From Candidatus Copromorpha sp. (GTDB lineage: Bacteria; Bacillota; Clostridia; Peptostreptococcales; Anaerovoracaceae), in contig JAXGMD010000001.1 in assembly GCA_040768865.1 (NCBI GenBank), forward strand, positions 1,225,117-1,249,116: 24,000 bases of DNA. The letters are read 5' to 3'. Below, piece after piece: positions 14,411 to 21,655 of the stretch. The notes beneath the pieces were generated by a model that saw only the letters and a list, made by a program, of their open reading frames with translations, ran no database searches and had not been told where the DNA came from. The stretch's first letter is position 1, and each line of letters opens with the position of its first letter. Made by a program: the position numbers and the translations under genes.

Positions 14411-17400
14411 TGGCTACACCGAAGATTAAGTCTTTTACCTCTGTGGTTCCTATGATTTATGCCTATAATACTCCCGGGGTTTTGTACCATGAAGGATGGA
14501 CGAAAATAGGGTATACAGAAAAACAATCGGTTGCAGATCGCATCAAGCAACAGACGCACACTGCAGGAATAAAGCCGGTGATTGCATGGCAGGATAACGC
14601 AATATATAAAGACGGATCCGGCGAGTATTTCACTGATTATGAATTTCACGGCTATCTGGAAATTGAGAAAGAGGTGGAACGTGAAAAAGGAACTGAATGG
14701 TTCAAAATTGATGGTGCTAATTCAAAACAATATTTTGATTGCTTTGCAAGTCGTAGCTTTGATGAGATCCCGGAAGAAGAAAGATATTCATACACATTGC
14801 GCGATGAGCAGGCTGAAGCCGTTGCTATGACAAAAGAGTACTTTGAAAATGGTGGCGAGGAGTTTCTTTGGAATGCTAAACCGCGTTTTGGAAAGACTTT
14901 AACATCATATGATTTGATTAGAGAGATGGGATTTAAAAAGGTACTTATCGTTACTAACAGACCCAGCATCTCGAATTCATGGGCGGATGATTTTCACAAA
15001 TTCATAGGATGGAGAGGCGAACTTGCATTTGTATCTGAAACTGACGCGCTGAAAGACAAAAGAGGTGTTTTGAGTCGTGAAGAATATGTAAATCGTACCG
15101 TAGCCCTAGATTCCGAAAAAGCTCCGGGTATGGTTGCATTTGAATCTCTGCAAGGGCTTAAGGGATCCGTATATTTCGGGGGACAAATTGATAAGCTGGA
15201 ATGGATTCATGGAATCAATGATGGATTTGATCTTTTGATTATTGATGAGGCGCAAGAAGGCGTTGACACTATGCGTACAGAACGCGCCTTTAAATCCATA
15301 AAGAGGAAGCATACGCTTTATCTTTCAGGAACCCCGTTTAAAGCCCTTGCCAGTGAGCAGTTTTCTAAAGAACAGATTTTTAACTGGTCCTATGCTGATG
15401 AGCAAGAGACAAAAGCAACATGGAAGAACGAAGATTACAATCCATATGAAATACTTCCGCGACTGGAAATGTATACATATCAACTTTCTGCAATGATTAG
15501 GGAGGAGATAGAGAAAGGGATAGACCTTTCAGAAGATGGTAGTACAGACTATGCATTTGATTTGAACGAGTTCTTTTCAACTAATGAGAGCGGTAAGTTT
15601 ATATATGAGGAAGATGTCAAGAAATTTCTGCATGCACTTTGCTCTCAAGAAAAATATCCGTATTCTACACCGGAATTGCGGCAAGAGTTGTCACATACTC
15701 TTTGGTTATTAAATCGTGTAGCCAGTGCAAAAGCATTAGCCAAATTGTTAAAAGATGATCCGGTCTTCAGGGAATATGAGGTTGTTCTTGCAGCCGGTGA
15801 TGGTCGTCTAGATGATAATGAAGCGACAGAAGCATCATTTGATAAAGTTAAAGAGGCCATAGCAAATAATGAAAAGACAATTACTCTCAGCGTCGGCCAG
15901 CTGACAGTTGGAGTTACCATACCTGAATGGAGTGGTGTTTTGATGCTATGCAATCTGAAGAGCCCATCATCGTACATGCAGGCAGCTTTTCGTGCACAAA
16001 ACCCGTGTATTGTTACTAAAGATGGAAAAAGATATCGCAAGGAAACCGCATATGTATTTGATTTCGACCCGGCGAGAACACTTATCATCTTCGATGAATT
16101 TGCAAACAATCTGTCAAAAGACACAGTGGATGGTCGAGGAACAAAAGGTGATAGAGAGCAAAACATTCGTAGATTATTGAATTTCTTCCCTGTTCTTGGA
16201 GAAGATGATGAGGGAACAATGATTGAACTGGATGCAGCTCAGGTTCTTTCAATTCCAAGACGAATTAAGAGCCAAGAGGTTGTGCGACGTGGATTTATGT
16301 CAAACTTCCTATTCCAGAATATCAGCAATGTATTTGGAGCTCCTGCAGTTGTTCGTGAAATTGTGGAGAAGCTTACACCTGCACATGAAGAAACGAAAAG
16401 GACAGATAAAGAAAAGCTGAAGGACCTAGAAGGTGTTTCTGTAAATGAAGATGGGGAAGTTGAGATTCCGGTGGAAATAGTAATTGGTAAGACCCGAGAG
16501 CTTTTTGGCGAAAAAATATATGAGACTCTCGAATCTGACTTGAATGGAACGCTGAATGGTATTAACAAGAATTCCGAATTTGAGGGGATTGAGAGCGGTA
16601 TAGAGGAAGTCATAGAGACGGTAAAGAATAGCCTTAAGGGAAGTGTTATAAAACCGGCATCCGATGAGTACGATCTCAAATCACGTACTCAGCAGAGGAT
16701 TGAAAAACAGCTAGACAGAGAGATTGAAACTACCTTTATGAAAATAAAGGATGACTATAAGCAACAGGCATCCATAGCAAAGGCAGAGCTCGAACGAAAA
16801 CGGAAAGAGGCGGAATCAGAGCAGGATGTTAAACAAGCCGATGCAGAGTATGAGATGTGTATGGATGATGCCATGAAAGGGCTTATGGAGGCTGCAAAAG
16901 AAACAATAAAGAAGACCATTGATGAAAAACCAAAAGAAGTTATTGAGAAAATAGAAAAGATTCGTGCGGAAGCGGAGAAGAAAACAATAGAGGATACCAT
17001 ACGAGATCACCTTAGAGGTTTTTCAAGAACTATTCCTAGCTTCATCATGGCTTATGGAGATGGAAATATCACCTTAGCGAACTTTGATGAATATACAGAG
17101 GATGATGTTTTTCAAGCGGTTACCGGCATTTCTGAAGAAGATTTCAGATTTTTAAGAGACGGTGGCAATTATGAGAATCCGGAAACAGGTGAGACAGAGT
17201 ACTTTGATGGAAAACTATTTGATGAAGTTGTGTTTAACGATTCAGTTGAAGAGTTCTGGAACAAGAAAATCTCATTAGCTGACTATTTTGACGAAACGCA
17301 TGAAGAAGATATTTTTGATTATATTCCGCCACAGAAAACTAACCAAATATTTACGCCAAGATGGGTAGTTGCTACAATGGTAGATCAATTGGAAGAGAAC

Positions 17401-17733
17401 AATCCCGGCTGTTTTGATGATCCAACAAATACCTTTGCCGACCTGTATATGAAGTCCGGTCTTTATATTACAGAGATTGTAAAGCGGCTATATAGAAGCG
17501 ATGAAATTAAGAAGGTCTATCCTGATAACGAGGAAAGGATTCGTCATATTCTTAGGAATCAGGTGTATGGCATGGCTCCAACCAGAATCATTTATCTGAT
17601 TGCGACTAATTATATTCTGGGATTTGATGAAAGCTTGAAAGATGAGGTAATGAACTTTATTCAATGTGATGCTGCTGAAGCATCGAAAAATGGGAAGCTG
17701 GGGGAAATGGTGGATAAGTTTTTTGATATTTAG
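14410..17733 (+). CDS. Multidomain protein (1107 aa): N-terminal T5orf172/GIY-YIG-like domain, SF2 (ResIII/DEAD-like) helicase, Glu/Lys coiled-coil, and a C-terminal degenerate methyltransferase-like region
   Basis: The ATG overlaps the upstream stop (TAATG, 14408-14412), and an AAGGAG RBS lies 9 nt upstream. Residues 15-100 (IYAYNTPG...TKIGYTEKQSVADRIKQQ...YEFHGYL...GTEWFKI) fit the T5orf172 pattern. Walker A is PRFGKT (GKT at 14890-14898). The DEAQ box is LLIIDEAQEG (15244-15255). Motif III is LYLSGTPF and motif VI-like is MQAAFRAQNP. Residues ~655-875 are E/K-rich. Residues 980 onward read IFTPRWVVATMVDQL...FADLYMKSGLYITEI...VYGMAPTRIIYLIATNYIL, which resembles methyltransferase motifs X and I, but no NPPY follows. 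Confidence 0.88.
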   Translation: MATPKIKSFTSVVPMIYAYNTPGVLYHEGWTKIGYTEKQSVADRIKQQTHTAGIKPVIAWQDNAIYKDGSGEYFTDYEFHGYLEIEKEVEREKGTEWFKIDGANSKQYFDCFASRSFDEIPEEERYSYTLRDEQAEAVAMTKEYFENGGEEFLWNAKPRFGKTLTSYDLIREMGFKKVLIVTNRPSISNSWADDFHKFIGWRGELAFVSETDALKDKRGVLSREEYVNRTVALDSEKAPGMVAFESLQGLKGSVYFGGQIDKLEWIHGINDGFDLLIIDEAQEGVDTMRTERAFKSIKRKHTLYLSGTPFKALASEQFSKEQIFNWSYADEQETKATWKNEDYNPYEILPRLEMYTYQLSAMIREEIEKGIDLSEDGSTDYAFDLNEFFSTNESGKFIYEEDVKKFLHALCSQEKYPYSTPELRQELSHTLWLLNRVASAKALAKLLKDDPVFREYEVVLAAGDGRLDDNEATEASFDKVKEAIANNEKTITLSVGQLTVGVTIPEWSGVLMLCNLKSPSSYMQAAFRAQNPCIVTKDGKRYRKETAYVFDFDPARTLIIFDEFANNLSKDTVDGRGTKGDREQNIRRLLNFFPVLGEDDEGTMIELDAAQVLSIPRRIKSQEVVRRGFMSNFLFQNISNVFGAPAVVREIVEKLTPAHEETKRTDKEKLKDLEGVSVNEDGEVEIPVEIVIGKTRELFGEKIYETLESDLNGTLNGINKNSEFEGIESGIEEVIETVKNSLKGSVIKPASDEYDLKSRTQQRIEKQLDREIETTFMKIKDDYKQQASIAKAELERKRKEAESEQDVKQADAEYEMCMDDAMKGLMEAAKETIKKTIDEKPKEVIEKIEKIRAEAEKKTIEDTIRDHLRGFSRTIPSFIMAYGDGNITLANFDEYTEDDVFQAVTGISEEDFRFLRDGGNYENPETGETEYFDGKLFDEVVFNDSVEEFWNKKISLADYFDETHEEDIFDYIPPQKTNQIFTPRWVVATMVDQLEENNPGCFDDPTNTFADLYMKSGLYITEIVKRLYRSDEIKKVYPDNEERIRHILRNQVYGMAPTRIIYLIATNYILGFDESLKDEVMNFIQCDAAEASKNGKLGEMVDKFFDI

Positions 17734-17747
17734 GACACTGGAGCAAG

Positions 17748-18770
17748 GTGATAAAAATAATGAAAAATGAAAGTACATCAACTAATCATAGACAAGACAA
17801 CTATGTAGATAATCGCATCTGCAACAAAAGCAGTAAAGATGCATTGTTAGGTTTGGCCGTTGCCGATGCATTAGGAGTTCCTGTGGAATTTTCAATAAGA
17901 AAAAGGCTGCAGCAAAATCCGGTTGTTGGAATGCGAGGTTTTGGATCTCATGATGTACCGGCAGGAACATGGTCAGATGACACATCCATGACTATTGCCA
18001 CCATGCAGGCAGTTGCGGATAAAGGTCAAATAGACTATGACGAAATAATGAACAATTTCAGTAAATGGCTCAATGAGGGTGAGTTTACCACCGATGGCAA
18101 AGTATTTGATGTTGGTGGTACATGCCTTCGTGCAGTCATGAAATGGTGCCGAGGTGGTTGCGAGCCAATAGATGCAGGAATGAAAGGTGAACGCAATAAC
18201 GGCAACGGATCTTTGATGCGGTTTTTGCCGGTTCCATTCTATTGTTACTCTAAAGGAATACAAGGCAATGATCTAGTAAAAATCTGCAATGAGATCTCAT
18301 CTCTTACCCACAGTCATGAAATAAGTCGTTTGGGATGCTATATTTACACAATTTTTATGATGGAACTTTTGAGAGGTCATAATCTAAGAGAGGCATATGA
18401 GAATATGCAGAAGGCAGACTATAGCGCTTATTCTGCAGAGAGCATTGGAATATATTCCAGGATATTGAATAATGATATTTCTGTTTTGGCAGAAGAGTCA
18501 ATTGAGTCGGATGGATATGTTGTTTACACATTGGAAGCAGCGCTCTGGTGCCTCCTGAACGGAAAAGATTACAAAAGCACAGCCTTAATGGCAGTAAATC
18601 TTGGTCGAGATACAGATACAGTAGCAGCTGTTGCCGGCTCCATGGCGGGCATTGTCTATGGAAAAGAAAGTATACCGACTGAATGGCTGGAAGTTTTGCT
18701 TAGGAGAGAGTACTTGGAAAATCTTTCAGAAAGATTTGATTGTGCATTAATTCGTACAATTATAGATTAG
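17748..18770 (+). CDS. ADP-ribosylglycohydrolase family protein (DraG/ARH-like)
   Basis: Motifs present are LLGLAVADALGVPVEF, GTWSDDTSMT, NGNGSLMR, THSH, DGYVVYTLEAALWCL and GRDTDTVAAVAGSMAGIVYG (the metal-binding Asp/Thr clusters). The gene starts 14 nt after the helicase stop. The start is ambiguous between GTG 17748 and ATG 17760. Confidence 0.88.
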   Translation: MIKIMKNESTSTNHRQDNYVDNRICNKSSKDALLGLAVADALGVPVEFSIRKRLQQNPVVGMRGFGSHDVPAGTWSDDTSMTIATMQAVADKGQIDYDEIMNNFSKWLNEGEFTTDGKVFDVGGTCLRAVMKWCRGGCEPIDAGMKGERNNGNGSLMRFLPVPFYCYSKGIQGNDLVKICNEISSLTHSHEISRLGCYIYTIFMMELLRGHNLREAYENMQKADYSAYSAESIGIYSRILNNDISVLAEESIESDGYVVYTLEAALWCLLNGKDYKSTALMAVNLGRDTDTVAAVAGSMAGIVYGKESIPTEWLEVLLRREYLENLSERFDCALIRTIID

Positions 18771-18828
18771 ATTATGATATAATCAATCTGCCCCGGATTG
18801 GTGGATCCGAGGCAGATGGTGCTGGTTG

Positions 18829-18918
18829 CTATTTGTGGTAACGACTCAGCCACTTGCAGATATAGTTGGCAATTATACCTGCTACAGTCGAAACTAAAAG
18901 CGCACATAGAATATTCAT
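18829..18918 (-). CDS. Type I toxin candidate: a 29-aa hydrophobic peptide (Fst/Ldr/PepA1-like)
   Basis: It is not in the ORF track because it is too short. The minus strand reads GGAAAGGAGGTGctatATG and then MNILCALLVSTVAGIIANYICKWLSRYHK*, a single TM helix with a basic tail. It resembles S. aureus PepA1 (...SGCAIAFFSYWLSRRNTK) as I recall it. A perfect consensus promoter lies upstream. Confidence 0.65.
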   Translation of the reverse strand: MNILCALLVSTVAGIIANYICKWLSRYHK

Positions 18919-18964
18919 ATAGCACCTCCTTTCCGTTGCCGGTATGGAGATTAGCAACAAACAT

Positions 18965-18993
18965 ATTATAGTGTAAATGGAAATATTTGTCAA
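18965..18993 (-). promoter_or_regulatory. Consensus sigma-A promoter for the toxin mRNA
   Basis: On the minus strand, TTGACA (18993-18988) is followed by a 17-bp spacer and TATAAT (18970-18965). Both hexamers are perfect. The ~40-nt 5' UTR contains the hairpin GTTGC...GCAAC, and its loop ATCTCC could sequester the SD. Confidence 0.7.
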
Positions 18994-19010
18994 TTATTAC
19001 ATAATCACTA

Positions 19011-19038
19011 TTGACTAAATTTATTATGGTGTTATAAT
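19011..19038 (+). promoter_or_regulatory. Promoter for the divergent small RNA
   Basis: The -35 is TTGACT (19011-19016), followed by a 16-bp spacer and an extended -10 TGtTATAAT (19030-19038). It sits back-to-back with the toxin promoter. Confidence 0.6.
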
Positions 19039-19044
19039 GAATAT

Positions 19045-19116
19045 AGGCAAAGCGTACATAGAAACATATGGCACACGAAAACTTCGGAATGGTGGTTCCG
19101 GGGTTTTCTTTTTTGT
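19045..19116 (+). ncRNA. Candidate type I antitoxin sRNA (~65-70 nt), bounded by a promoter and a terminator
   Basis: It starts ~7 nt after the -10 and ends at the intrinsic terminator at 19082-19116. Positions 19049-19062 (AAAGCGTACATAGA) are complementary to toxin codons 3-7, forming a 14-bp duplex with one U.G pair. CATAT at 19065-19069 is complementary to the AUG region. Confidence 0.5.
19082..19116 (+). terminator. Intrinsic terminator
   Basis: CTTCGGAA (19082-19089) pairs with TTCCGGGG (19096-19103), including two G.U pairs. The T-rich tract TTTTCTTTTTTGTTTCTTTT follows. Confidence 0.65.
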
Positions 19117-19148
19117 TTCTTTTATCAACGAACACTTCCGGATTATGG

Positions 19149-19178
19149 TTGAAAAAAGAAAATGGATATAAGTATAAT
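19149..19178 (+). promoter_or_regulatory. fic promoter candidate
   Basis: The -35 is TTGAAA (19149-19154), followed by an 18-bp spacer and a -10 TATAAT (19173-19178). It lies downstream of the terminator at 19082-19116. Confidence 0.4.
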
Positions 19179-19220
19179 ATGTGTAGAGGAAACCAGCAAA
19201 AAGATGCGGAGGGGATAGTC

Positions 19221-20000
19221 GTGAGCAGAATAGAGGATGTGCTCAGGGAATACAAACAACTCGGGATAGATCAGCAGTTGGATTACGATAAATTCTACCT
19301 GTACTCCATTATCACGCATTCAACAGCAATTGAGGGTTCAACGGTAACGGAAATAGAAAATCAGCTTCTTTTTGATGAAGGAATCAGTTCGGGTAAGCCG
19401 ATGCCGGAACAGCTTATGAATCTCGACTTGAAGAAAGCATATGAAAGAGCCTTTGCAGTTGCGGATAACCATGAGGAGATTACAATCGAACTGCTTTGCA
19501 GTTTGTCCGGTATTCTGATGAAGAACACCGGGTCTTTATATAACACAATCGCGGGAACCTTCAGCAGTGCAGATGGGGATTTAAGGCTTTTGAATGTCAG
19601 TGCCGGCCACGGAGGCAAAAGCTATATGGCATGGCAAAAAGTGCCGGGAAGGCTGGAAGAATTCTGTTCCTGGTTGAAAGAGGAGCGGGGAAATCTTAAA
19701 CCCGGAGATATTGAAAGTGCTTACAAGTTAAGTTTTGAAGCACATTACCGTTTGGTAGGTATACATCCTTGGGCGGGTGGAAATGGCAGGATGGCGCGTC
19801 TTGTAATGAATATCATTCAGCGTGAGGCCGGTGTGATTCTATCAATTGTAAAAAAAGAGAGCAGAGCGGAATACATAAAAAGCCTGGCTGATTCACAGGC
19901 TTCGGATAATAACACACCATTTATGAACTTTATGATGGAAAATCATATCCGCAACATAAACGACCAGATACAGGAATATATAGAATCAATCAGAAAATGA
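19221..20000 (+). CDS. Fic/DOC-family protein with an N-terminal inhibitory-helix motif (class II-like)
   Basis: The Fic core motif HPWAGGNGRMAR lies at 19764-19799. The N-terminal STAIEG at 19320-19337 matches the [ST]xxxE[GN] inhibitory motif. The start was moved to GTG 19221, 6 nt after the GGAGGGG RBS. The track start at 19068 lies inside the sRNA/terminator region and has no RBS. Confidence 0.85.
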   Translation: MSRIEDVLREYKQLGIDQQLDYDKFYLYSIITHSTAIEGSTVTEIENQLLFDEGISSGKPMPEQLMNLDLKKAYERAFAVADNHEEITIELLCSLSGILMKNTGSLYNTIAGTFSSADGDLRLLNVSAGHGGKSYMAWQKVPGRLEEFCSWLKEERGNLKPGDIESAYKLSFEAHYRLVGIHPWAGGNGRMARLVMNIIQREAGVILSIVKKESRAEYIKSLADSQASDNNTPFMNFMMENHIRNINDQIQEYIESIRK

Positions 20001-20039
20001 CACTTTAAAATTCAGGCGGGTTTTATTTAACAAAGAGGC

Positions 20040-21655
20040 ATTAGTGTGAAAGAAAATAAAAACAAGCCGTAAGATGGCAATAAAAAACAGGCTATCTAAA
20101 GATAACCGAAAAATCTGTGCAATGAATTAAATTGTTTAGGAGACGAGTAATTCCTCTGAGATGATGCCCTCCTTTTTAAGCAGTTTAATTGCCTGCTTGA
20201 TTGCTTTGGATTTTTGCATTTCCTTAAGTTCGACAGGCATATCGATTTTGTACAAATCGCAAGGGTTCCACATCTCGCCGGTAGACAGCATGTTGAAGAC
20301 GGCGGTGAGAATCATCCTTGCAATAGCAATGATAGCTCGTTTTTTTCCACGGCGTTTCATGATGCGTTCGTATTTGAGTTTGTAGTAAGGAGATTTGTCG
20401 GATTTCACGGCTGCATGAGCAACTTGTACCAATGCAGGTTTGAGATAGACTCCGGCACGTGTAGTCCGAACAGACTTTTTCTTACCGGCAGACTCGTTGT
20501 TACCGGGAGTAAGTCCGGCCCAGCAACATAAACGCTTGGAAGAAGAAAACTGAGACATATCAGTACCAATCTCGGAAATAATAGTTATCGCACTGTTTCT
20601 ATTGATTCCCGGAACGGTACAAAGCAGATTGACAGCATTATCATAAGGTTCAGCCAACGAATCAATTATTGAGTCTATATCAGCAATAGCAGAAGTGATA
20701 TAATCCATATGTGCACGGATGATATGCATGCGATATTTTTGGGGATCAGTCATCTGATAACCCTCGATGGACTCAATGACACTTTCAGACTTATTCTTGA
20801 GTGAACGAAGCAGTCTGGAGGATATTTCTTCGTGGTTGATGGAATTGTCGGACTGTTCAAGAAGGTAATCGATTATAGAGGTGGCTGATTTCCCGAAGAT
20901 ATCGGAAACAACCGAATCCAATGCAACATTACAAACGGTAAGAGCATTTTGAAATCGATTCTTCTCGCTGCTTCTGCAGGAAGTTAATTTATACCGATAC
21001 CTCGTAAACTCTCTGAGAATACGGATAGGTTTGCACGGTATATAGCTTCCGGGCACAAGCCCTAGTCTGAACAAGTCTCCAATCCATTTGGAATCCTTTG
21101 TGTCGTCCTTGTTCCCTTTGACAGCCTTTACCCATTTAGGGTTGGCGATGGTTATGTTAATTTCATCTTCCAAAAGGTTGAACACAGGTATCCAGTATTT
21201 ACCGGTGGATTCCATGCAGATATCACGACAGGAATTGTCCAACAGCCATTTTTTGAACTCAAGAATGGAATTGTTGAAGGTGGAGAAGCGCTTCTTCTGA
21301 TAAGAAGGCTGAACTCCGGAAGTAGTTTTGATGATTGTGGCAACGAGAAAAGATTTGTGAACATCGACACCACAACAAATCTGATAAACAACTTTCATAG
21401 GCAAGCTCCTTTCTAATAAAAATAAAGAAGCCATTGACTGTCTCATCACACAATTTAACAAAGGCGTTAAAACAATTCTTAGTGTACGGATTAGTAATAC
21501 CACTTATTTGTGCTTGAAAGATGGGGCTTACACTGATTATTATGCTGTCTTTAACGAGGAAGTTAATACGACTCACCTCTTCGTGCTTTGTAGTATAGCT
21601 TCTAAAAAGTATTTTATACCAAAGTGAAAGAAGGGTAAGTAGCTTTCACAACTAT
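20040..21655 (-). mobile_element. IS110-family insertion sequence (boundaries approximate)
   Basis: It has a single transposase gene, with ~250 nt of non-coding sequence on its 5' side and ~100 nt on its 3' side. IS110-family elements lack classic terminal inverted repeats, so the ends cannot be fixed by eye. Confidence 0.5.
20136..21398 (-). CDS. IS110-family DEDD transposase/recombinase (420 aa)
   Basis: The N-terminal MKVVYQICCGVDVHK and CMESTGKYW are DEDD_Tnp_IS110 motifs. LCTVPGINRNSAITIISEIG...CCWAGLTPGNNESAGK is the Transposase_20 domain. ATG 21398 sits behind a GAAAGGAG RBS. The track start at 21503 adds 35 unsupported residues. Confidence 0.93.
   Translation of the reverse strand: MKVVYQICCGVDVHKSFLVATIIKTTSGVQPSYQKKRFSTFNNSILEFKKWLLDNSCRDICMESTGKYWIPVFNLLEDEINITIANPKWVKAVKGNKDDTKDSKWIGDLFRLGLVPGSYIPCKPIRILREFTRYRYKLTSCRSSEKNRFQNALTVCNVALDSVVSDIFGKSATSIIDYLLEQSDNSINHEEISSRLLRSLKNKSESVIESIEGYQMTDPQKYRMHIIRAHMDYITSAIADIDSIIDSLAEPYDNAVNLLCTVPGINRNSAITIISEIGTDMSQFSSSKRLCCWAGLTPGNNESAGKKKSVRTTRAGVYLKPALVQVAHAAVKSDKSPYYKLKYERIMKRRGKKRAIIAIARMILTAVFNMLSTGEMWNPCDLYKIDMPVELKEMQKSKAIKQAIKLLKKEGIISEELLVS

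Noticed and set aside
19068-19220. The long N-terminal extension of the Fic ORF (MAHENFGMVVPGFSFLFLL...).
   Set aside because: It has no RBS. It would be translated across an intrinsic terminator (19082-19116). The conserved Fic N-terminal region begins after GTG 19221, which has a GGAGGGG RBS.
18767-19255. A 162-aa minus-strand ORF between the ARH and fic genes.
   Set aside because: It has no RBS and a low-complexity translation. It runs straight through two promoters and a terminator. The region is better explained by the 29-aa toxin ORF (in a different frame of the same strand) and the divergent sRNA.
21259-21576. A 105-aa minus-strand ORF, and the 35-codon 5' extension of the transposase ORF, in the IS 5' flank.
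   Set aside because: Neither has a family signal. The canonical IS110 N-terminus MKVVYQICCGVDVHK begins at 21398 with a strong RBS. The flank is better treated as non-coding (the bridge-RNA region).
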